Virus record (IMG/VR): IMGVR_UViG_3300005529_000001 | Location: 305,476 to 369,475 of that record | Strand: one strand, 5' to 3' | Length of the DNA: 64,000 nt | In this document: positions 46,901 to 56,700 of the stretch, piece after piece | Layout of the letters: each line of letters starts with the position of its first letter | Numbering within the stretch: position 1 is the first letter of the stretch | Made by a program: the position numbers and the translations under genes | The notes under the pieces: model-generated | The model's input: only the letters and a program-made list of their open reading frames with translations | Database searches by the model: none | What the model was told of the DNA's origin: nothing

Positions 46901-47718
46901 AACACGTCAGGAACTACAACTCTGTTGGTGTAGAAAACCCGCTCGCGAACTGGAACTACGTTCACAACGTAACGGGGTCATGGGGACGCCTCCGCATGAA
47001 CACGATGGTGAAGCAAGACACGCGCAACGCTGATTCCCTGGGAAACATCACGTTCCTTGACTTCAGTGAGAACAAGCTTCACATGACGGGCTCTGGTTTC
47101 CAACCCAACCAAGAAGCAATTGTCGGTGAGATCTTTGACCTCAGCTTCTTCAACCCGTACTTTGATGAAGCATCGACTAACAACAAGGTTCGTGTTCGGT
47201 CATTCCTCAATTTTGACCTGGTTGAACAGACGCCCTGGGCTCAGCTAGCGCCTGTCTATGAAGTGCCACCCAGCGAGACGCCAACTGATGACGTCAGGTT
47301 CATCATGGAGTTCTCATTGATTGAGGCCCTGAACCGTGACATCATCAACATCTTCTCCACTCTTGACGCGCTAGACAACGCAATGGGCGATCCCGACCTG
47401 ATGTTCAGCGTTGATTACCCAGTCATCGAGAATTTGCGTGACATCTACTTCAATCGCATCAAAGCAAAACTGAATTTCGATGCCTTCCTTGTTTTCTTCC
47501 GGTGGTTCGACACAACCATAGGCCAGTTCATCAGCCAGCTGATCCCCCGCAAGACGAATTTCAAAGGTGTCAACTTCACAGTTGAGTCTCACATGCTTGA
47601 GCGACACAAGATGAACTATGAGTCACAGGCTCAAATCTATGTTGGTGATAACAACCGAACCAACCTAAACGCAGTGCTGTTGTTGCAACAGATCGCAGGC
47701 TCGGTGCGGAAGTTTTAG
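43972..47718 (+). CDS. large baseplate wedge/tail protein with LamG-like domains (gp7/gpI-like)
   Basis: FNHVAF...GATIDEFRVFH...LVLYFKFNE and GRLSNTRFWSKALS (LamG-like); RRILKNLP..LRSKGT..SI..FL..GI (gpI/gp7-like). Confidence 0.7.
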   Translation: MPVTVNPYIPSFLRATMTGSRPLVLTGQSLADTNVLSSASFQYDPAYSALKSTQQLNVDWSQFQNHTFFMSAEAKVNLAFDQVINGFPFDGTRLETEVFFDNLTGFDKWVFDQFPTFHGELFFSSSTIGTGSVPATGPTAVSNQAGGTWIAVQNKVGALFPELVTNQNTQTGQSVLNPTGSTSLTIEMQIYLPPAANDVQVICQMLDQTNTGSLGGSQQGFSLFLTQSLSTTSVNAMFVVVSGSSFMTVPLTLNKGQFNHVAFELNRDNGLPFLESFALSSPVAESVTQVEIGDLAIDNTNFLIGVGTPVQYGNQLVTPIQTLGATIDEFRVFHSARTPQQQAAYASKALYATSDLVLYFKFNEPTGSLNSQNQVVLLDNTNNSSSPINSIVLDSSGNSLHSLVANFTSSWRRNSLLDALNPVVNERDDQSPILFPAYPPVVAFNAQLLQSASLYDQENPNLITKLIPQHYLLEGAQQDGFVDPPEGNANQPFAGTGIPGQGQMGNVQILVSLLYIYARFFDEIKLFIDSFSNVRTVDYDTNDTVAADTVPDTFLTKLISNFGFHMPPLFQDADIDQYVRGENVDIDQYATNVNTLRYVQHTLTRRILKNLPSVLRSKGTQYSIQAFLRAVGIDPNNIMRMREMGGPTTQQLQFVRDNKVEPGTMTLFSGSSLVKSSVYVASPYLSASRVEPGFPLPQGQFVIDPNTGRNIKTTVPSDNVLTSGSWTWEGIVKFTPSDIRSMTAATQSLMRMCVASEPNIGVFGTDIFGVDSPFGYLAGNSLTVGLVANLLAISSSMDTPGNGPKLVLYLRPNALPAGADNPSISPVLRLEIDTALPNLFTGSPTIGIFNGDRWNVSFGCQRGDDGLNSSVSSSYFLRLAYQNGGEIQHFFATSSFFQEDPKGGDNIFRGFMTTSSFPGPFFAVGPGQVILTGNGTGSLFLNNNLAVPAEARATDFTGRLSNTRFWSKALSLDEWREHVRNYNSVGVENPLANWNYVHNVTGSWGRLRMNTMVKQDTRNADSLGNITFLDFSENKLHMTGSGFQPNQEAIVGEIFDLSFFNPYFDEASTNNKVRVRSFLNFDLVEQTPWAQLAPVYEVPPSETPTDDVRFIMEFSLIEALNRDIINIFSTLDALDNAMGDPDLMFSVDYPVIENLRDIYFNRIKAKLNFDAFLVFFRWFDTTIGQFISQLIPRKTNFKGVNFTVESHMLERHKMNYESQAQIYVGDNNRTNLNAVLLLQQIAGSVRKF

Positions 47719-48422
47719 AACGCAGGGAGCACCGGCACGGTGCCTGCCGTCTGCATCTTGGACATGACTGTAACGTAGTCGTTACCAGACTGTGCGTTAG
47801 TGCCGTTCTCGTCGGTGACTATCGCCACGTAGATGTACTTGTTCCGATCGACGACCGACGAGGTAATGGGGCAGACGAGCTCCTTGATATGACCGCTCTC
47901 GAACCAGCTGGCCCCCGTCGGGTAGGATGACGTCGAGAAGGTAACCGAACCGATCTGCGTTTGCGCCGGAAATGTACCGCTGATCGAGGTGTCGATCTTG
48001 TAGACCTGGACCTGCGGGAAGTTCTGGGGCGCGCCGCCGGCGTGGGTACCCCCGACGGCGATTGACAAGGTGACGCTGAGCAACGTCGCGCTTGTGACCA
48101 AGTCTGGTAGTATAAACGCCTGGGCAGCGTTCGTCCCCGGGCCGGCGGGAACTCCAAATGATCCTATGGTCCAACCCGTTCCCAGAGCCGGGAAGATAGG
48201 CCACCCTCGCTTGGTGATGACCTGCGGTGCGGCCAGGTTGACGGTGTTGAACGTGCCCGTCGATGTGCTGACGAAGGTGTCAACCGAGATAGTGATGTTG
48301 TCCTTGTTTCCTGTGACGATGATCCCTCCGCTTCCCGTGACGACGGTGGTGGGGGACGCGACGGGAGGTGCCCGGAAGAAGGAATAAGTCTTTCGGCCCC
48401 GGTTCTGGTCAAGGACTGACAT
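47715..48422 (-). CDS. GC-rich, oppositely oriented fibre/adhesin-like protein
   Basis: 235-aa beta-rich ORF; its TAA overlaps the upstream gene's TAG; a sampled line (48001-48060) is 75% GC versus 42% at 47161-47220. Confidence 0.7.
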   Translation of the reverse strand: MSVLDQNRGRKTYSFFRAPPVASPTTVVTGSGGIIVTGNKDNITISVDTFVSTSTGTFNTVNLAAPQVITKRGWPIFPALGTGWTIGSFGVPAGPGTNAAQAFILPDLVTSATLLSVTLSIAVGGTHAGGAPQNFPQVQVYKIDTSISGTFPAQTQIGSVTFSTSSYPTGASWFESGHIKELVCPITSSVVDRNKYIYVAIVTDENGTNAQSGNDYVTVMSKMQTAGTVPVLPAF

Positions 48423-48521
48423 GATCTGTTTCTAGGTATCCGGCAGGGGGAGCCTGCAGCGCGGTCAATAAGTAGGATCGTGCAGACGGTCTGCTCGACG
48501 TCCTGAAGAACAATCTAACCC

Positions 48522-49385
48522 ATGGCAACATCAACGATTAGGCTTGAATCTCCCTCAGAGTTTCAACCCATCTTCACATCGCTACCCGTGCACCAGAAGC
48601 TGTTCTTCGACGAAGGGCCGCATGTTCGTCCCACGGTGAAAACTAGTCTGTCGGGAAGCGACACTTCAGCGATCGATGCCTTCACGCAGGGCGTCGAGCT
48701 GACAAACATATCACGGTACGACGCAGGAGTGGTGAAGGTGTGGTCAGGAGAACCCGGTCACGTGCTGCCGCAGATGGTCTACGGGCAGGACAAGACCTTC
48801 TTCTTACCACCCCAGTATGTTGATGTCGATAAGTTCAACCCGATTAACTACATCAAGGCTCAGGACAAGCTGAACAGCCTGGACTACGTCTACGAAAACC
48901 TGTTCACGTTCCCAATCGTCACGGGTGACAATGATCAGCTTGAAACCACTAACTTCAACGGCGTCATCGAACCGCTCGCTGTTCGTCAGGTTGTTTCCTT
49001 CTCATCGATCAACGTCCCGATCGAACCTCATGCTTTCCGGGGTGTAATTGAGAGCGGGAACGAGAGTCTCATCAAAGGATCGGATCGAGTGGTGACAGTC
49101 TACGTTACGAACGTCAAAAAGCAAACGACGGCGTTCTTGGACACCGGGTATTTCTTATCTGACATCGCAACCTTGCTCCCGTTCGTTGACCAGCGGCTTG
49201 TGAGGAACACGTTAGCTCCTTCCACGGTCAATGAAAGCGCTCTGGTACCTGCTTTATCGCTCATGACTGGTTCAACTGACAATTATGTCAGGTTCGATCA
49301 ACGATCAGCTACGTGCGGGTGGAGATATGATAACGCCATGGTAACGGGAACTGACTCGCTGTCCTTTGGGGGGATGACGTACTGA
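48522..49385 (+). CDS. putative structural protein
   Basis: 287-aa ORF coupled (TGATG) to the next giant gene. Confidence 0.7.
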   Translation: MATSTIRLESPSEFQPIFTSLPVHQKLFFDEGPHVRPTVKTSLSGSDTSAIDAFTQGVELTNISRYDAGVVKVWSGEPGHVLPQMVYGQDKTFFLPPQYVDVDKFNPINYIKAQDKLNSLDYVYENLFTFPIVTGDNDQLETTNFNGVIEPLAVRQVVSFSSINVPIEPHAFRGVIESGNESLIKGSDRVVTVYVTNVKKQTTAFLDTGYFLSDIATLLPFVDQRLVRNTLAPSTVNESALVPALSLMTGSTDNYVRFDQRSATCGWRYDNAMVTGTDSLSFGGMTY

Positions 49386-52300
49386 TGACTGGAACACCCG
49401 TATCAACACGAACCGCTCCCTCACGTAGGTTCGAAAACTACGTCCTGACACGTGTCGTGGACCAGAGCGCCGGTTTGACTGCGTTCAAAGACTCAAATTT
49501 CACGCAGCTGAATGGTCCGAACGACTACACTGGGTTCAACATTGGCCAGGGCTTCTGCGACGATGGGTACTCTTTCGTCACACCGATCGGTTTCGACTTT
49601 CAGCTTGATGGGATCACGTACAAGCAATTCGTCGCCAACTCTAACGGATGGATGGCGCTCGTCGACCCAACGCTGGGTACCTTCACGCCGCGAGATGTTC
49701 TCTCAGCTTCATATTCTTCGATCGACCCGATCACTTCAGGGACGATCTTCACGAACTCTAGTTCGATCAACCCAGCAATCGGTAATGGTTCGTGGCAGAA
49801 CGCCGCGATCAAACCTTCGTTTGCTTCGAATGCCGTCATCATCGCTCCCTGGTTCGATGACCTTCGCAACACCCCTAACACGACCGCGCAGTTGCTGCTG
49901 AGCCCGTTCAGCTTCGGCGCCACGAAGGCGAACAACGTTGCCAAGGGTATCGAACCCAGGCCAACCCAACTCGATCAGGTCGCTTATGGCGTGAGCTACC
50001 TGAACGATAGGCAATCTACCAAAGGTCGTCGCCTGATCATCAGGTGGAATTGCCTCAGCAACTACGTGGCTCCTTCAACGACGCTAAAGTTTGAAGCCAT
50101 CCTCTACGAGAACGGGGCCATCGAGTTTCGTTACGCATCCAGGGCGTTTCTGAAGTTGCAGGGTTCATCGCTCGAAGGTGCTACGATCGGGGTCTTCATG
50201 CCCAACGGGACTAACAGGTTCCGTGACTTTGCGATCGGATTGGGTTATCGGGATGACGCTCGTCAGGAGTACATCTACGGTGGGTACATCTACACCGCAA
50301 GCTACGTCGATTCAGAAACACCATCTCAAGAAGACTTCCCGGCGACGGCGTCATACACCATCAACTTGCAGCCTGCACACTACTGGCCCGGGTTGATCAA
50401 CGGTGGTAGCATCTTCACGTTCTCGCCTCCCGTCAAACGGCGTAAAGTTCTGCCCCGCCTTGAACAGCGTAAACACGATGCTCGGATCAACCATCCGACC
50501 GTCGCACGGACGGGTGACAGCAGGTTGGGAATTGGGCAATCGACCTTTGATGATCGGCGCTCGCCACAGTATCTGCAGAACTCTGGAACTATCGTCAACT
50601 ACCCAACCACGATGCCCAGGTTTTTCGGGGGTACCGGGATCGGGACGCTCGAGCGCCAGAACCTGTTCTCTGGCGACATGCTGGTCACAGGCAACATCGT
50701 TAAGAGTGCCATCGACCCGTTCCTTAACGAGGACCCCTTCACGTCAATCGCCGCTTTTAATGAGACCCAGAATTACGAACAGTCGTCTACATCTAGTTTC
50801 TACTTGACGGGCTCGTCGATCAGCGAAGTTGGTGCCGGCTTCGACCAACCGTTGAAATCCAAGACGCAGATCAAGCTGCAGTTTCCAGTTGACATAGCCG
50901 TGCAGCTCCCGGGTGCCACCTCTAGCATCTACTATTACAACCGCGCTAACAAGTCGTGGAACGTCCCGCAAAACAGCTCATACACGCTAGCGAACGGTGC
51001 GACTACCCATCCTGCGGGCCAACCCGGCGGCGATTGGATGGATCCGACGTGGAACCCGAACAAAGGCTTTGAGTGGTTCGCTGAGGATGCTCGAGGCTTC
51101 GGACCCATCGGTAACGTCCGCGTATCAGGATCGCACCAGCAATCAGGATCGTTCGATCAGACCGATGGCAACTTTGGTCCGATCATCGCCTACAACTCAA
51201 CCACCGCGACCAACGCGTTGAAGCGGTTCTACCCAAAAAGTATTGCGAACAACAACGAGTACCAACCTACCAACGATGAAACCTTCACGCTACCCATCAC
51301 CGCACCGTTCCTGATCGAGAAAGCTGTCATCGAGATCCCGTTCTCGATGGGACCGGGCTGGTTCCTGGATCAGACCCAGACCCGATGGCCCGTTCCCGCC
51401 ACAAGCACTTCTGACTTCGGTGGACCAGCCATGACAGTTGCGCTGCACCGGGTGGTGCAGCTATCAGAGAACAGTTCGACTCCTGCGCGGCGTGACCTGA
51501 TCTTGACAGGAACCATCACTCACCAGGCTGACAACATCAAGTCGGTCGTTTTGACCCAAACTCCTGACATCACGGGATCGCTCGATCCCGGGCTCTTTCA
51601 ACTACGCAACGTCGGCTTCCTCAGCTACGCTGATCGCGCTAGCGCAGTTGTATCACCCATCAAATACAGCACTGATCCAACTTCTGTCATAAACTACTTC
51701 ACCGGTTCAGTGAAGATTGAGTGCGAGGCAACTGTTGCACACGGTCTGATTCTAGACTTCCAACAGGACATCCAGGGGGCAGCCGGATCGATCCAGTCGT
51801 TATTGACGACCCCCAGGCTGACGTTACAACTTTTTCTAGGATTAACATCGATCCAGAACCCAATTCCGTTCGGTCGTGGAGGCACTGGGTTTGAGCAGTC
51901 AGGACGCTCGATCCTGGGCAAAGAGTTTGCCACCTTCCAGAACCTGTCTGACCCCAGCGGTCTGACGGTTCCCAACCCATTCTATGTTGCTAGCGGATCG
52001 ATCCCGAGCAACATAACCAGCGCGCAAATCGCCCTAGCACAGAGCTCAGGTACCATTGCCAACACGACGATCCCGTTGGTGGGACACTTCAAGTCGCCTT
52101 ACCTGGTGATGCCAGGTGACAAGCTGGTTCTCAGCCTTAGCAAGACCAGGCCCGCGATCTTTAGCAGGGTTCTATCGTGGTTCTCGGGAACCTTCCCAAG
52201 CACGGGTCACGACGTCCAGCTCACAGCGGGACAGATTAACATCACGCTCTACGGAAGCCAAATCAAAGAGGGTGCGGAGTTCCACGATACGTTGAACCAA

Positions 52301-53722
52301 CCCCTGGGATCTGACATGGTCCATGAGATCATCGGTGCTGAGCCCGTCATCGATCAGTTCGAATCATCGTACCGCGATGAGTACACAGGCAGCTACAGTG
52401 ACAACGTGATGCTGGGAAATTTGCTAACATCTAAAATTGTCGGTGGTCAGTTCAATTTTGTGCAAGGTGTACGAGATCGCAAGTTGAGCAAGCTAAATGC
52501 TCGAAATGCTCCTTCCCTAACGTCTCACGTTGCTGACGTCCTGATTAACCCATACAAGGGATATCGGTTGCAACCATGGTTTGAACGAGCTGGTGGCGTT
52601 AGGCTGTCTCAGTTTTCAACTGATAGCGAACGTTTCTGGGATTCAATGTTGCCATCTTTTGCCGGCTGCCTTCAAGCCAACGGCGTTGGGATCTTTGTTC
52701 AGTCACTAGCGTCTGTCAATAATGCTGGGTTCCGTGACATGCCCGGCGTCCCAGATGGATTGCTTCCATCAATAGGACAGGTCTGGTTGGATTCTACCGT
52801 CAATGGTGGCGGGCTCTTTGACAAGGTCAGCGATAGATGCTGGACACACTCATACCCTTATGAACCACGTTATAACGGTGTCAACAGACTATTGAACACA
52901 TCAAATGGATTCATTGCTAACTTCCTGCTAGACCCTAGCGTGATCTTGGGAGTGATGACACCCACACCAGTACAGGGTTTGTTTCCGTTGATGCCATCTC
53001 CAAAGACAGTCTCATCATCGATTGTCTACCCAGGTAACGCAGTCCAAACGATTTCGATCAACTATCACTCAGCTGACGCTCTTGTCGGATCAACAGTCAA
53101 CGGTCTCATTGTTACGTCATCTGCACCCGTGGACGATGTCGCTCGAACGCTGTTCGGTTTTGGCGACCGAAACACGCTTCATTTCACCGATAACAACACA
53201 GGATTTGTCGTGCCATATAAGGCGGGATCAACGACACAACAGGGGACCGTACATTACGCTGACTTCAGAAGCTTTGATGACGTCAATGTAAACAACGCTA
53301 ATCAGCAGTTTTATTCCCCGTTCTCATTCAGCCCAATCATCCGGGGTTGGAAGTATGGGATCTATAACGGGTTACCGACGTTCAGCAAGAACTACTGGCG
53401 TAGGGGCAAGTTCGGCCAGTTCCGTGACATGCTCGAGCAACGTTTGTTCACCAAGTACTATGAATCACCTGAAAATGACCCAACGGATCCTAACTTCCAA
53501 CAGGGCGTAAAAGATGCCGTTGTCAAGGTGAAGTTCTTGACTCCGTCGGGCCAGCTAACAAACCCTGAGAGCACCTGGTCCAGCAACCTGGACTTTGAAT
53601 GCACCTCATCACTGCCATATTTCGATGGCGTGTCAACCAACAGACCTCCCATTATCGTGTCGACGCTTAACCGTTCGATTGTCAACCTGAGCGCAGACAA
53701 CAATGGCAACGTGATTCTGTGA
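49385..53722 (+). CDS. large virion structural protein with N-terminal nidogen(NIDO)-like domain
   Basis: PIGFDFQLDGITY....NSNGW, IIAPWFDDL, LIIRW, FEAILYENGAIEFRY. Confidence 0.7.
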   Translation: MTGTPVSTRTAPSRRFENYVLTRVVDQSAGLTAFKDSNFTQLNGPNDYTGFNIGQGFCDDGYSFVTPIGFDFQLDGITYKQFVANSNGWMALVDPTLGTFTPRDVLSASYSSIDPITSGTIFTNSSSINPAIGNGSWQNAAIKPSFASNAVIIAPWFDDLRNTPNTTAQLLLSPFSFGATKANNVAKGIEPRPTQLDQVAYGVSYLNDRQSTKGRRLIIRWNCLSNYVAPSTTLKFEAILYENGAIEFRYASRAFLKLQGSSLEGATIGVFMPNGTNRFRDFAIGLGYRDDARQEYIYGGYIYTASYVDSETPSQEDFPATASYTINLQPAHYWPGLINGGSIFTFSPPVKRRKVLPRLEQRKHDARINHPTVARTGDSRLGIGQSTFDDRRSPQYLQNSGTIVNYPTTMPRFFGGTGIGTLERQNLFSGDMLVTGNIVKSAIDPFLNEDPFTSIAAFNETQNYEQSSTSSFYLTGSSISEVGAGFDQPLKSKTQIKLQFPVDIAVQLPGATSSIYYYNRANKSWNVPQNSSYTLANGATTHPAGQPGGDWMDPTWNPNKGFEWFAEDARGFGPIGNVRVSGSHQQSGSFDQTDGNFGPIIAYNSTTATNALKRFYPKSIANNNEYQPTNDETFTLPITAPFLIEKAVIEIPFSMGPGWFLDQTQTRWPVPATSTSDFGGPAMTVALHRVVQLSENSSTPARRDLILTGTITHQADNIKSVVLTQTPDITGSLDPGLFQLRNVGFLSYADRASAVVSPIKYSTDPTSVINYFTGSVKIECEATVAHGLILDFQQDIQGAAGSIQSLLTTPRLTLQLFLGLTSIQNPIPFGRGGTGFEQSGRSILGKEFATFQNLSDPSGLTVPNPFYVASGSIPSNITSAQIALAQSSGTIANTTIPLVGHFKSPYLVMPGDKLVLSLSKTRPAIFSRVLSWFSGTFPSTGHDVQLTAGQINITLYGSQIKEGAEFHDTLNQPLGSDMVHEIIGAEPVIDQFESSYRDEYTGSYSDNVMLGNLLTSKIVGGQFNFVQGVRDRKLSKLNARNAPSLTSHVADVLINPYKGYRLQPWFERAGGVRLSQFSTDSERFWDSMLPSFAGCLQANGVGIFVQSLASVNNAGFRDMPGVPDGLLPSIGQVWLDSTVNGGGLFDKVSDRCWTHSYPYEPRYNGVNRLLNTSNGFIANFLLDPSVILGVMTPTPVQGLFPLMPSPKTVSSSIVYPGNAVQTISINYHSADALVGSTVNGLIVTSSAPVDDVARTLFGFGDRNTLHFTDNNTGFVVPYKAGSTTQQGTVHYADFRSFDDVNVNNANQQFYSPFSFSPIIRGWKYGIYNGLPTFSKNYWRRGKFGQFRDMLEQRLFTKYYESPENDPTDPNFQQGVKDAVVKVKFLTPSGQLTNPESTWSSNLDFECTSSLPYFDGVSTNRPPIIVSTLNRSIVNLSADNNGNVIL

Positions 53723-53743
53723 GACAGACACTAGATAAAGCAC

Positions 53744-56700
53744 ATGGCAGGTAACCTTTCAGACGCCAAGCAATCGTTCTTTATCTTTGTCCGTGATCCC
53801 AACACGAACAAGATAGAACGCGTCGCGATCCCAGGCGATGTCCAAGTTGGGTTAAAAGACAACCCGGCGGATCTGACTTTGATGGGTCGATTTGCTATCA
53901 ATGCTAGCGAGTATTCGATTACCACAGCAAACGCAGGCATCATCAATGCAAGCTCCGATGATTGTATCATCGGCATCAAACTGATCTCAAGTCCTCTGAA
54001 CAACAAAGCAAACCTCCTGCTTCCCCAGAATCCTCGTGAAGGTCAACTAGCCTTTGTCAAGGACATGACGGGGACCAGCACAAGTGTTCCCGTTACCATC
54101 AACCCGGGAACTGGCTTATTGATTGACGATAAACCGACCGCTCTTTTGTCGGCATCGTATGGTTCATCTGCACTGGCGTGGTTTGATGGCCAATGGCGTA
54201 CAATCGGAGGGGGTGGAACAGGTGGTGGAGGTGGCACCATCACCAACATCCTGGGAGCGGGCGGATCCACAGTCACTAACGTGGGGTCAGTCTACACTGT
54301 CTCAAGCAGCATCGGTGTCAGCAACGTTGTGGGCACTGGTGGTTCAATCGTCGTTAAGATCGGTACGGGAACAGAGTATCAGGTCTCCAGTAGCATTGGG
54401 GCAGATGCAAACGCATCTTACATCCTCGTAAAAGCAAATGCAAACGACCCAAATGCTCGGATCCTTTCGGGTGGCGTTGGGATCAACATCCTGGACAATG
54501 GACCGGGTAACACGCTTGTCATCAACGGTATCACGGGTGATGGGTGGTACACGGCCCTAGACGTCGATCTGACGGCGCAAGGAAACATCAATCCGCTAGT
54601 TGATCAAGCATATACCTTCACAGGAAATCCGGGTGGGACGTTGACCAAGATCAACAGCTCTCACGATGACACACCGTCTCAAATCATATCTGGACAGGGA
54701 TGGAAAGTAACGCCAAGCAACTCCAACCTCGGTCTTAATAACGGAAAATACAGCACCCACACTCTGAGCTCGTTCACCATCCCGTTAGCCAACCTTGATT
54801 CAACTATCGATCCCCTAACACCGATCCGGATCTGGGTTTACATCGCTTCACAAACGCAGGCACCTCAAGGAAGCGGGGGCGTCGGAGAGGGTCAATGGAT
54901 CTACGTTGACGATTGGAACGGAGCACAATACACCTGGTCATGGCACTGCAATGCGGGTTTCGGTGGTTCGGGCAACGGGTGGTACGCCGCAATTCAAAGC
55001 CCCACAGGAGCAGGTAGCACGGGCATCGTTGACGCGTACACGAACCCACCCAATGTGATGATGTTGTACCTCCCACAAGGAATTGGAGGTCGGATCGGGT
55101 ACGTTTTCAGAAAGGACATTGCTGGGAATTCATGGCCATCGTTAGCAACGATGGTTCCCTATTTGTATTTCGATCAGAATACACTAGACTTCAACTCGGG
55201 AACATTGAACGCATACGTTCTTCCGTCTGCAGCCAACATCTCTTGGGGCGTGACGGGCGACCCGGCTTTCAGCGGTGGCTCCGGATATTCAACTATCATC
55301 AGCAGGATCCGCGTTGATTATTACCGTGCAGGTGTGGGCAACGCAGGTCCGACAGGATCGCAAGGCCTCCCAGGTACGCAGGGTATCAGCGCATCGTGGA
55401 AGGGCACGATACTGCCCCACAATCCTTACACAAACGTCGATTTCAGCAACGGCATCTTTGCTGGCGAACTGAACTCACTGACTGCATCAGTCCAGATTGA
55501 TAACAGCGTTGTCGCAACGTTGTCTGGATCTACGTTTTCAGGACCCATCATCGCCACAGATAACCCGGGCATCACGGGCAGCTTGACTAAACTAAGGGCT
55601 GGTTTGGCATACTTGGTCGGTGTGGGCACTGTCGGCATCAGCACCAATTCATTGGGACAGGTGATCATCAGCGGATCAGGTGGCACCGGGACAGTGACCA
55701 GTGTGACTGCCTCAGGCGGATCATCAGCATCACACGTCGGAACCGTCTACACGATCTCTAGCAGCATCGGCGCCGATTTGTATGCTAGCTACCTCATCGC
55801 TTCAGCCAGCGCGGTCGACCCCAATGCTCGGGTGCTTGCGGCAGGCGCTAACATCACGCTAGTGGACACGGGTCCGGGCGGCACGTTAACCATCGCCGCC
55901 CTGGCGGGAACTGGCAGCAACGTTTTCACGGGCAGCCTGACTCAGACGGGCATCCCGGGGTTCCCATACCTCGTTGGCTTGGGAAGCGTCACCATCTCAA
56001 CGAACTCGCTGGGTCAAGTTCTTGTCAGCGGATCAGGTGGAGGTGGTGGTGGCGGGACCGTCATAAACCAGATTGTCAGCGCATCGACCGCAGGTTGGGT
56101 AACAGTCGTTGACATCCCGTTTGACGCTCAACCATCACAGACGTTCACGGGCAACTCATCTGTAACGATTGACGGATTTGGATTCACCCAACTAAACCCG
56201 GCTAACGCTTCTGCTGCAGCGGTCGTTCCGGGCACCGGCGTCCAGTGGACAAACTCTGCAGTAGATGACATCTTCGGTGGGACGTTCTCAGCGCCTGTCT
56301 TGGCGATCCCGTTCCAAAGCCTGTTCTCAGCCTACTCTTTGCCCGATCATGATATCAGGATTTGGTGGTGGATCAATCAAGACAGCGTTACCACAAATTT
56401 TGATTCTGCCGTTTACGGCGTGTTGCTGGGTGGGACAGCAACTGGATTTACACCCACGACCGAGAACATCACCAACAAGAAGGGCTTCCTCGGCGGCGCG
56501 CAGGGTTACAACCCACAGCTGAACATCAACGCAACGAACTACATCAACACCGACATCGCGGGATTCGAGACATACAACGTCCAGATGTTGCAGTACAACC
56601 GCAATGGTCGGTTCTACGCTTGGTACATCGGTTCGGGTAGCATCATCAACGGCGTTGACGTATGGCCCGCAACGAACCAGATGCAGTTGTTGGCAGCGGG

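Noticed and set aside
47695-48457. Invertible segment bounded by GCAGGCTC (47695) and GAGCCTGC (48450)
   Set aside because: Only 8 bp, the right copy is explained by a local hairpin, and no recombinase is nearby.
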